From Schizochytrium sp. TIO01 (Eukaryota; Protista; Bigyra: Labyrinthulomycetes): a stretch of 64,000 bases of DNA. A program made the position numbers and the translations under genes. Below, one piece after another: positions 1 to 10,080 of this stretch (positions are counted from its first letter, which is position 1; every line of letters begins with the position of its first letter). The stretch covers positions 6,810,029 through 6,874,028 of the forward strand of contig SMSO01000014.1 in NCBI GenBank assembly GCA_004764695.1, written 5' to 3'. The notes under the pieces were generated by a model. It had not been told where the DNA came from. It saw nothing but the letters and a program-made list of their open reading frames with translations, and searched no databases.

Positions 1-2
1 TC

Positions 3-1130
3 CGCGTCCCATGGACTGATGACAACGGTAACGCCCGCATCAACAGAGGCTACCGCATCCAGTACTCCAGCGCCCTTGGACCCTACCACGGTGGCCTCAG
101 ATTCCACCCCCACCTCTCTCACGGTGGCGTCCGCATGCTCGGATGGGAGCAGACGCTCAAGAACGCACTTACCGGCGCACCCCTTGGTGGATCCCGCGGC
201 GGTTCGGACTTTGACCCTTCTAACAAATCTGAGCACGAGATTCGCCGCTTTGCCAATGCCTTTGTGTGCGAGCTTGCCGACTTCATTGGACCTGGCCTCG
301 ACACTCTCGAGACTGACCTTGGTGTGGGTTCCAGCGTTATGGCCGCGCTCCATGACGCCTACCGCATGATGGATGTGGACGGCGAGTCTGACGGCAGCGA
401 GTCCCTCTTCGGCGCATGCGAGATCTTCCCTGAGGCGTCCGGATTTGGTAGCGTCTACTTTGCGGAGCGCGCCCTCGAGGTGCGCGGTGAGTCTCTCCAG
501 GGCAAGAGATGCCTCATCTCTGGAGCCGGAGAACTCGCCAGGTCCACCGCACTCAAGCTCGCCGAGAAGGGAGCACTCCCGGTCACTCTCTCCGATGACT
601 CTGGCTTCATTGTTAACGACAACGGCTTCGTGGCCGGAGAGCTCGAGAACATTGCGCACATTAAGAAGTCCAAGGGCACGCTCAAGGAGTACGCGCGCCT
701 CGCTAACTGCCAGTTCTACGAGAACGGCTCCCAGTGGGAGCAGGTCAAGGGAGACCTTGCCTTCCCCTCGGTTATCCAGTCAGAGATCAACACTGACGAT
801 GCCACCGCACTTGCAGACAACGGCTGCCTCGCTGTCTTTGAGAACGCTGACCGCGCATGCACAAGCAACGCTCAGATGGTCCTCAACGACCGTGGATTGC
901 TCTTTGCACCCAGCAAGGCCGTCAACTGTGGTTCGGTCATCGCCAGCACCCACGTTGGAAAATCCAAGGAGGAGATGGACGAGGCTCTCCGCAGCCGCAT
1001 GATCCAGCTCCACGACGAGGTCGCCGATACTGCATCCCGCTACGGCGCCACTGGCGACCTCCAGGCCGGTGCTAACCTCCTCGCATTTATTCGCATCGCA
1101 AACTCGCCCATGTACACGACAGACATTTAG
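3..1130 (+). CDS. Glutamate dehydrogenase (NADP-GdhA type) homologue, 5'-partial, with degenerate active site
   Basis: The frame is open from position 3: RVPWTDDNGNARINRGYRIQYSSALGPYHGGLRFHP...EQTLKNALTG..LGGSRGGSDFDP..EASGFGSVYF..GKRCLISGAG..APSKAVNCG..GANLLAF. This is colinear with GdhA. Strong C-ending codon bias. Confidence 0.93.
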   Translation, partial: RVPWTDDNGNARINRGYRIQYSSALGPYHGGLRFHPHLSHGGVRMLGWEQTLKNALTGAPLGGSRGGSDFDPSNKSEHEIRRFANAFVCELADFIGPGLDTLETDLGVGSSVMAALHDAYRMMDVDGESDGSESLFGACEIFPEASGFGSVYFAERALEVRGESLQGKRCLISGAGELARSTALKLAEKGALPVTLSDDSGFIVNDNGFVAGELENIAHIKKSKGTLKEYARLANCQFYENGSQWEQVKGDLAFPSVIQSEINTDDATALADNGCLAVFENADRACTSNAQMVLNDRGLLFAPSKAVNCGSVIASTHVGKSKEEMDEALRSRMIQLHDEVADTASRYGATGDLQAGANLLAFIRIANSPMYTTDI

Positions 1131-1163
1131 ATTGCGCCAATACTACTTTTTTACTACTACATA

Positions 1164-1194
1164 CCAACCTACCTACCTACCTACAAACCTACCC
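1164..1194. repeat. Short (CCTA)n-type tract just 3' of the GDH stop
   Basis: ccaacctacctacctacctacaaacctaccc. Confidence 0.7.
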
Positions 1195-2214
1195 TCTTCT
1201 CTTGTCTCTCGTTTTCTCCCGCTTATTCCCTCGTTTTGGCTCATCTTCGATCCTCTTCGATTCGATCCTCTTCCATTCTCAACCCAGTATTCTTCATACA
1301 TATCTGCTTGTCAACCGAGTGAACAATCCCCAATCAGAACGGTAGTTGCGGCATTTTCTTTTTCTTCTTTATCATCGTCCTTCGCTATGAATACTGTGTC
1401 AATTCAGCGTAAACATGGAAGATTACACCGCATTACTGCTGATGCGAGAGCTCCCCTTGTTTATGCTGTGGCTCTCGTCATGCATCTTTCATTTGCTTTC
1501 CTTTCCTTCCGTCAGTTTTACACCCCCCTCTCCCGGTTTTCACCCCACGAACATCTCATCTTTCTTGCGCGCTCTAATTCATGCCTTTTTAGCTTTAACA
1601 TCTTGCCAAGGTTGCCGCAGTTAATGGGCATGATTAGATCCCCAACAAAACCAACAACAGCGATGATGACAGCGACGACAAGAACTCCGTCGAGGAGAGC
1701 ATAGTAAGCAAATTAAGTAAGCACATAACCTAGTACTAACACATGTCTGTCTAATTGCATTTCATGGCTCTCCTTATGAGTCTAACTCGAAGAAACGCAT
1801 CTCAACAATACGAATTCTCTAAGCCTGTCGTTATATAAAGGATTTTTAAACTAATCCTGCACCATACCAGAGCCTAAGAACTATAAACAGAATTTTGTAT
1901 CAATAAATAATCGTAGAATCTACTCCACGTTTCAAAAGGCGGTTCGACAAGGGTCAAAATTAATTACTTCACAAGAGAGAAATAAAATAGGACCATAAAC
2001 TTTTATAGATATACCATGTCTGCTCTATTTGCATGTTAAATTTTCCTAAAGAACACATTACAAACTTGACTTCTCTATGCGATGGCGGCACAATCTTATA
2101 TGGGTATTTCCAAAAACAATTTATACAAGCTCTAATGCGATGCATGCGTGTAAAGGTAAAGACGACAGCGGCAGCGTGGAATAAGAAAGTCTACTTAACT
2201 TATGAGTACATGCA

Positions 2215-3509
2215 TCATGTTCGCCCTTCCTTTGCCACATTTGTGTAAGCCAAAACAACATCCTTCTTAGCCCAACGCCGCTCACGCTCGGCCTGAGTGA
2301 CCTCCTTACGAATACTTTCCATTTCCGCCTTATGCCGCTTAGAAGAAACAGCCTGACGACGCTTACTTGCAAGCCATTTTTCAAAGGCCTCGCTGTTTTT
2401 CTCCTGTTTTTCTTTACGCAGAGCCTTTTCTTGCGCTAGAGCAGCCCGCCGTGCTGCAATGTTGTTTACTGACTGAGTTGAAGCCCTCTTCAATTCCTGT
2501 AAAGCACGAGCATCAATCTCTTTTTTAACTTTCTCTCGACGCTCATTATCGGCTTGCGATTGCTTGTGCTCTGCGCGGAGGGCCCGTCGTGCTTCGGCCC
2601 GGGCTTGGCGTGCTTCCTTTCGCTTCTTACGCTCCCAGGCCTTGACTGCTCGAGCATTCTCACGTGCTGTTCTAATTGCAGACTCTTCAGCCTCCTGGCG
2701 GGCAGACTTTTGACGAGCAAGCTCTTCCTGGTGCTGACGAGCCTTCTCTGCGCGCCATTCTTCGAATGCCTGGGATTCCGAAGACTGGACACGAGCACGC
2801 ACAACGGTACGTTGCGGGGCGTGTGGGAGGTGTTCATCCCGCCGGAGAAGGATCTTTGATTCCCCAAACTTTGCGTTCCAATAGTTTCGCAATTCTTCTT
2901 CAGTCGACTGCTCTGGGGCAACAGGAGGGATACCAACGTTTAGGATTGGCCTTTCTTGATACACTTTGCTTTCCTCGCTACTGAAACCAGAATAGAATAA
3001 GCCACACAACCAGCATCCGCATCACCCTCAACGGTGAGCCATCACATTTCGATTTTCACAGTATTAGCCCATTCATGCATATAGTGGAGCTCAATTCGAG
3101 CCAAGTTCGTGTGAGTTGACCTAGTTAGTCTCTCCATACGCTTCTGTCTAGTGCATATACGCCACCTAACACAACCATTCTGAACTTACGAGAATCCTCT
3201 AGTATTAGTTTTCCAGCTGCTCGAGGAAACCTTGGTATGCATATTGGGTTTACTAGCCATATTCAGGTGCGACGTGCCATTATGACTCTCAGTACAAATC
3301 TCATACTGTAGTTCTCGCAGCGTCATAGGTTCCTGCAAAGTTGAACTTGGCTTACGCGGAGGCGAACTCGCATATCTCGCAGGGTCGTATACTTTGGTGA
3401 TCGTTGAAGCACCCAACATTCCGATACTGTGTTGCTTCTTGAGGTGTTGGTTCTGTTGTTCACTCTGAAGACTCTGATATCGAGGTAGTGGTTGCAGCGG
3501 CGGAGCCAT
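2215..3509 (-). CDS. Coiled-coil protein, CCDC34/CCDC181 (DUF4207)-like; predicted complement(join(2215..2980,3190..3509))
   Basis: Donor GTAAGT at 3189 and acceptor ...tttcag at 2981 join the two ORFs in frame (TC|T), giving 1086 nt. Charged helix with repeated AFEEWRAEK / AVKAWERKK / AFEKWLASK motifs. The ATG at 3509 is inferred. Confidence 0.6.
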
Positions 3510-4171
3510 GACTCGCCGAGGTTGACTAAGCACAGAAGGTTCCACCTTTTCCGGCTTCCCCAAAATAAAGAAAACCAAGCAAGCTTGCGCTAAACTCGGA
3601 AAAAGTTGAACAAAGAGGTCCTCAGCCGAACCTAGTTCAGCCTACGCCATACCAAACGAACTCTTGTCTTCTACTTTTTGTTCTCCTTCTGGGGGACTGG
3701 CACGCTAACTTTAGCTTTTCACTACTTAGAAACGGCTGTGCAACCCTTATAATTGAACAACCCATTCGTCAAGAAAAGGGGTTGCGCACAAAATAAAGTA
3801 GCCTAAACTTGACGTCGAGTCCTTCTCCAGGTAAGGAATACATTCTTGAAAAGACACAATTTTCAATCCAAAGAGTTGGCGCCCATTCACTGGGGAACAA
3901 GTCTTAAGGACCACGGTGTTAATTTCACTGTCAAGGTGCTGCTTCAAGGTCACTATCCTCGTTTAGGACGTGTCAATAATTCATAGATCGGGACTTAGGA
4001 GGCGAAAGACCTGATGATCCTGCAGCTGCACTTTCTTGTTAAGACCTAGCTCGGTGGTCAGGGGGTTAGAGAAAAAATATTAAGATCTATACTGGACCTG
4101 CTAATCGCTCAGGCCGTTTGTTATATCGTTTTAATCAGACAAACGTAAAACAGACTTTGTTTGTTTTTCAC

Positions 4172-5140
4172 ATGGCATCAGACTCCAGTACAGATACAAT
4201 TTTGGCCACGTTGGGAACAGATTCAAAAGAACAACATGACGAAACCATCGATTACTCTGAATCAAGCAAATCTCGCAAGAGACCCCCAAGGTCATGTTTG
4301 TGTGAACTCGTGCAGAGCAAGCATGCAGGCCAGTGCCGCATTGCTGAAAATGTAAACGGAAAGAAGCATCCAATGTATGGTAGTCGAATTGATCTTCCGA
4401 AACCGACACATATCCATGCTGGCGTAAACCGACGTGCTCGGTGGCTGGCCCACCTGCACATATCTGAAAACCAACTTGAGGGATTGAGTCCTTCAGCACA
4501 GAAAATATGCTACACTCACTTTCCTCCAGAATCATTTCGCACAAAAAACAAACGCCCTCGCCTTAAATTCCACACCTTCATTCCTGACGGACCAACGCCT
4601 GATCCAGCGGATAGAATCCAAGTGAAGGTGCAAGGTGGACGAGGCAAAACACAGAAAGCCTTCCTCGTTGTGCCAAATGCAGTCTTCACGCAAGATTCCA
4701 TTGTTGGTGCTGTGCCAACACTGCGTGCCCCGGCGCTTGGTCAGATTGAAACTGAACAAAGCGTAGACTCCCCAATTAATAGTTCAAATACTCCTCTGCT
4801 CGAACCAACTTCAACTTTAATCGCTTGCGATGAGGTTCAACTCTTACGTGAGCAAAACGCGCTTCTAAAGGCCGAGTTAGTTACACTTCGCTCCCAATAT
4901 GTTCACAAATCCGAGCTGGATAATTTGCAAGCTCAGTTTGAGTCTAGAATACAGCAATTAGATTTCACCCTCTCAGAGAAAGTTACTGCATTGCAAACAC
5001 AGCTCGCTGCACATTCGCAAAAGCCGTTGCAAGTGACCCCAGTTTCGAGACTATTACATGAAACCTCTCCTTCTGCCGTCTCCTCACCTGATACAGTACC
5101 ATGTTCGAAGCGCTTACGCAGTGCTGCACTCGGCACTTAG
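4172..5140 (+). CDS. THAP-like zinc-finger plus coiled-coil protein, probably transposase-derived
   Basis: CLC..C...LP...RRARWL...ICYTHFPPESF...AVPTL matches the THAP hallmarks (P, W, CxxHF, AVPT box). It is followed by the heptad LREQNALLKAELVTLRSQ. First ATG at 4172. Confidence 0.65.
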   Translation: MASDSSTDTILATLGTDSKEQHDETIDYSESSKSRKRPPRSCLCELVQSKHAGQCRIAENVNGKKHPMYGSRIDLPKPTHIHAGVNRRARWLAHLHISENQLEGLSPSAQKICYTHFPPESFRTKNKRPRLKFHTFIPDGPTPDPADRIQVKVQGGRGKTQKAFLVVPNAVFTQDSIVGAVPTLRAPALGQIETEQSVDSPINSSNTPLLEPTSTLIACDEVQLLREQNALLKAELVTLRSQYVHKSELDNLQAQFESRIQQLDFTLSEKVTALQTQLAAHSQKPLQVTPVSRLLHETSPSAVSSPDTVPCSKRLRSAALGT

Positions 5141-5531
5141 ATCATCGCTCCCACTCTGGTAGATTGTCGACCCTTTCTTTAAATTCATGCTGTATCACAC
5201 AGAATGTTCAAAATGGAAACAAAGTTTGCTATTTTCGTTGCTCGTTCGTACTAGAATACGGTACAAGCTCTTCTGCTAGAAACCAAATATAATGATATTC
5301 TCCATCTCAACTTTCCGGCCCGTAAAATTGTCTATAGCTCCTTTGTAAAACTGGTTTCGTGATGACAATACTTCGCATCTAGTAGTACGTCCTTACTCCT
5401 AAAAGAGGAAAACCCAATTCTGCAATGCTTGCTGATGCAAGCTGCCACTCTATGATCGCAACTCTTTTCTCGCTCACAAACTCAGGTGGACGGCTTTCCA
5501 GGCAAGTCATTGTTCGTTCTGCGGACCGGCA

Positions 5532-6380
5532 ATGAGCTTCACGCGCGGTCTAGCGTGTCCCACGCACGGTGGTGATGGCAAATCTTGCCCTTGTCGCACT
5601 GTCTCCATGCCGGTCTCTATTTTCACAGCCGCAGAATGGGGCGCACTCCCACGCTTGCGTGAGCGTGTCAATCAAAATAGATCTTTAGTCTACGCCAAAG
5701 ACTCTGGAGGATACACAATGCTCCACTACGCAGCGCAACACGGCCATGGCGAAGCAGTGAAGTTCCTGGTTGAGGAGGTGAACGCAGAGGTGGATGCCTT
5801 TGAGCCCGGATCTACGCCGTTGATGAGGGCGAGCTATAACGGGGAGCTGGCCTGCGTAGATATCTTACTTCGCAATGGGGCTAGTGTCGTGGCCCGAGAT
5901 CGTTTGCATGGCGAAACTTCCCTTCACAAAGCCGCGAGACAGGGCCATGAAGGGGTTGTTGCTAGGCTACTCCAGCAGGACTCAGAGGCTGCGAAAGTCA
6001 AGGATAACCACGGAAGATTATACAACGAACCAAAAGATATCAAACTTCAAGACGAAGGATACTTTTCTAAATGTTTGCCGATAACGAAGAAGAAAATGCC
6101 AAATAATTTGGAGAGTGCTGCAATGAAGGAAACGGACTTGGTAGACTCGCCAAACGCGGTACCGGCACTTGTAGACAAATTGAAGGAGGAACCAGGAACA
6201 ACGAAAGGGAAACAACATCCCGAAAATGTACAGTCAGGAAGGCCTTGTCCAGTATGTGGCAAACATGTCATATATATGCGCCCATTGCCATGCTGTAATC
6301 GCTTTGTGTGCTCAACATGTGCCAGATCGCCAACATTAGCATATGGATCTTGTCAGCTGTGTAGACCCGAAGAGGGGTAA
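5532..6380 (+). CDS. Ankyrin-repeat protein (ANKRD39-like) with C-terminal RING-like Cys cluster
   Basis: Ankyrin repeats SIFTAAEWG / DSGGYTMLHYAAQHGH / GSTPLMRASYNGE / GETSLHKAARQGH. C-terminal CPVC-x11-CC-x4-CSTC-x10-CQLC. Confidence 0.85.
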   Translation: MSFTRGLACPTHGGDGKSCPCRTVSMPVSIFTAAEWGALPRLRERVNQNRSLVYAKDSGGYTMLHYAAQHGHGEAVKFLVEEVNAEVDAFEPGSTPLMRASYNGELACVDILLRNGASVVARDRLHGETSLHKAARQGHEGVVARLLQQDSEAAKVKDNHGRLYNEPKDIKLQDEGYFSKCLPITKKKMPNNLESAAMKETDLVDSPNAVPALVDKLKEEPGTTKGKQHPENVQSGRPCPVCGKHVIYMRPLPCCNRFVCSTCARSPTLAYGSCQLCRPEEG

Positions 6381-7197
6381 TTTTGAGAGCTACAAGCGAC
6401 CATAAATATGGAACGATGCCGCGTGAAAGTACCTGTTGATCAGATTTTGACATATTATTTAAATAAAACACATACTTTGAACGGCAAAGCTATGCTGTGA
6501 GAGAAAACAAAACAAAATGCTACCATACTCTATTTTCTTAGATGTGAATAATTACAGGTATTGTAATTTTTTACTGAGAGTTAGCCACGCATCGAATTGG
6601 GCACATCAAGATCCAACAGGACGGCTAATTTATTGAGAGCAGTGATACGACACAAAATATGACATGAAACGCACTTCGCCTCAGATATGCAGATGACCTC
6701 CATTCCATGGAAGGCGAAATTTCAAAGGGGCGCCACCACCAACATGACGAAACTCCAAATCATAAATCGCATAAGCTCTGATAGATATTTAAAGAAAAAT
6801 CGAAGATGGAAGGGTAAATTGGCTAATTTAAGAAGAGGTGAATATTGACGTAGTAACGCATCCTTGCGCAGGCTTTCTAAACTGCCAGAATCGGGATTTC
6901 GGTTCGATGCCAGTTCAACGTAGCGGCGCATTAAGTCATATATGGGCACTGGTAAATATAGACGTTTATAGACTATGGTCACAAGAGACAACCAAAGTTA
7001 AAAGAAGAGCTCCACCTCTTTTGCCATACATGTACTTGACAGAGATGACTCAAGGATTAGGCATAAACTGCGCTAACGTCAGCGAGCCATAGCGTCAAGT
7101 CCTGCTATTTGAAAAGGGTTTATGCAGGACAATTTGCATCTACAGCTGAGAATCTAAAAAGGAAGGGTCATTCTACTCTAATCATGACTTACTATGT

Positions 7198-8656
7198 TTA
7201 ATAGAACTCGTAAGTCTCGGCGAAGTACTGATCGTAGTGGACCGAGTGGTGAGAAGCTTGAGCCTGAATAACCTCTTTTGCCTCCTGCTCGAGTCCGCCA
7301 GCAAACTTGTTGTCGTTGCAGCGAGTCTTGAGGACAAAAAAGTTAGTAAAGTACTGAGCAAGGAAGACTGCGTCCGGGCTGTGGGGAATGTTCGAGGGTA
7401 CGTAGAACTCAAAAATGGCCTTTTCAGGGTGAAACTGCACACCGTAGATGGGAATGTTGTTCTTCGCCTCAAACATAGCTACGAAGGGCTTACCCTTCTT
7501 ATCAACGTAAGTCGCAAGGTTGGTAAAGAAGCCACTGAGAGCCGGGTTGCCCGCAAAGACGTCAGGGGAGACACCCTGGCCATGGGCGTTAAAGGTAATG
7601 TCCTCGGCGATCATGGCGTCACGCAAACGTGCAGGCATGGTTCCTACGAGCTCACTATCTTCAGCGTTGGCGGTAAGTGTGACTGGCGCAGAGTAGTCTT
7701 CAGAGTCAAAAATGCCACTAGCGTCAAGCACGGTAGCGTTACTACCGCTAGCCAAAACCGCGAGCTGCTCAAAGCCAAGGCAGGTGCCCCAGATCGGGTA
7801 GACCTGACCATTAGCATTGGCCTCAAGAGCCCAGTGAAAAAGCTTCTCCGAAGCCTGTATTTTCCATGGGAAAATACGAAGTCAAAGCCGGGTAATCCCA
7901 TCGAGTGGTTTTTGAGTCGTTCAATGTGCCATCCAATATGTCAGTTATCTGGACATCAAATTACATATATATGTCTCCATATCGAGGTTGCAAGAAAAAT
8001 GATGTAAAACTTACGTCGAAGTAAGGGTGTCCATGGGACAGGTAAGCAGATCCACCAGGAAAAAACAGACCGTTCACAGACTCGAAAATACGGCGCAGCT
8101 CCTTCTCCGATGATGTATAGCGCACAGGCACAACCCGAGCACCTGCCATCTCCAGGTTCTGTATCATCGTTAACCCGAGTTACGCCATGGCGTCCAACAT
8201 CGTTGTCAATTCAGACATCACCACCGCAAAGATAAATGACCGTCAGAAATAATATCAAGTCACGCATACCAAAAATGTCAGTCATGTCATGCTCACAGCA
8301 TTCAATACAGCGTCTCCGCAGGGTTCTCTATGAATAAGATCGAACAAGGCACGTATTAACTGTCTTCAAGCCAATCTTCACTTTCCTGGAGATTTTGTTG
8401 TGCATTCTAATCTGGATGAACTTACCTTGACGTAAGACGCCGCAACGTATTCGCCTGGGCCATCATCGTTGGGCTGCGAGAGAACTCCGATAATGGGACG
8501 ATCATTGATAACCTTGCAGGACTTCGCGCCCAGGGTCATTTCCTGCGGCTCAATTGAGAACGACTCACGAAGTCCTCCCATGCGCGCCTCCGTAGGAGTC
8601 ATGGCCACCATGAGCACTGCCATGATGACCGCCAGCAAGCTAGCCACCTTTGTCAT
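7198..8656 (-). CDS. GGH: Gamma-glutamyl hydrolase (peptidase C26); complement(join(7198..7854,8015..8158,8426..8656)), about 343 aa
   Basis: Signal peptide, RPIIGVLSQ, YVAASYVK|NLEMAGARVVP, NGLFFPGG, catalytic WGTCLG and QFHPEK. Two phase-0 GTAAGT...CAG introns (8425-8159, 8014-7855) keep the frame. Confidence 0.93.
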
Positions 8657-10080
8657 CTTGATTGTTCTTCTGCCTCTGATGCTCGAAATGTCCTAGCCTT
8701 CACCCAGAGGTGTCTTGATAGCACCCAATAGAGGCTGGCGTAGCCGTGCTTTGGTCGATTCTGGTTTGATTCTGCGCAGTCTTGCTCCTTGTTCTGGCAT
8801 CATGATCAACGGAGCAAATCAATTAGCGATGTGTATTCGCAGTGCTATTGTTATTCATAGGCAACTGCTATGTATGAGTCTCGCCGCTTTGCATTACATT
8901 TTACCCACTTCAACACACATTTACATCTTCTACTCAAAGACTAAATCTACGTATCAAAGTCCTCCAAGCATGTTTGCCAATGAGGCAATGGTCTTCAACA
9001 CCCTTCTGCATGACTTTGTTGAAATCCTTCGAGGGGGCCGCGGAGTGGATGAACCGATCGAAACCCCCGAGGCATGATGGGATGGATATTAAAACGTTTT
9101 GACTCACGGCTTCACATTTGTTCCTTTCGGCTCTATTAGAGTTAGACCTATACGGCTAGTAGAGGAGCTGGAGAAATGCGAGCTTGGACGAAATTGGGAT
9201 TCCCATTCGTTCATTTATTTGCACTACGCGACTCTTCTTACGCACGTGCGTGCGTGCCATAAGTCTGTAAACGTGTTGTCACGACTTGTATATTGGGCCT
9301 CCTGTATAGACGCGGAGCTTCTAGCTTGTGGACATGAAAAGGAGCCCCCGATGGATTACACTGCACTGTACACTCCTTGTTCTTTGGCAAATCGCTGGAA
9401 CTCTTCAGAGGTGCCGTGTGCTGTGCAAAGATGATGTTATATGAGATTTGGGTTCGTGGGAAGGAGAAAATAGAGCTACAGGGCGAGCGTGCTTAAGACA
9501 GGGTTCTACCTGAGCTGGATGAGCTATTTGACTCGTTTTGGACTGAAGTTATCCTCATCATATGATCGCATTCGCTTTAGCTTATGCGGTATAATGTTGG
9601 CACTCTGTAAAAACTCTGCACGATCAATACGTTGAAGCTCACACGACAACCCCCAAAGTGATACGAGGCGAAACCACTTTCGTTACGAATCTCAGCACTG
9701 ACGGCTTCTTCTATGCCGCGCCCGCTTACAAAAAAAATGCACTCCTTTGCTGGCTGGGGGGCTTGATAGTAAGTTCTAAAGCACCTGCAACTTTGGCCAA
9801 GTGACGCCGTTGATGATGATGACAAGTTTATCAGGTCCCCATAATGATGGTGGTGTGCAGGCGCCCATGGTGTCCACGTCTTCGTCAAGGCATGTGAAGA
9901 CCCTTGCAATCACTTGCCTGTTCATCAAAAGCATTATTGATACTCTGTTAATATGCTGCGATGGGGTCGGTCTTAGAAGAAAACTGAAAGAAAACTAAGA
10001 AGCAGAACTCTAAAGAGGTCAAGATCGTGACAAACTGCAAGCTTGCCGCACTCGCATGGCAGTGGCGCAAACTTGCGTCA

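Noticed and set aside
19-1002. Ser/Thr/Arg-rich alternative-frame ORFs over GDH, and the similar 7237..8007 ORF over GGH
   Set aside because: Frame or strand shadows of codon-biased real genes.
1069-1704. 211-aa ORF downstream of GDH
   Set aside because: Non-ATG start and pyrimidine-rich, low-complexity 3'UTR composition.
3121-3189. Short intron using the CTAACTAG acceptor at 3121
   Set aside because: It leads to an in-frame TGA, whereas the acceptor at 2981 preserves the frame.
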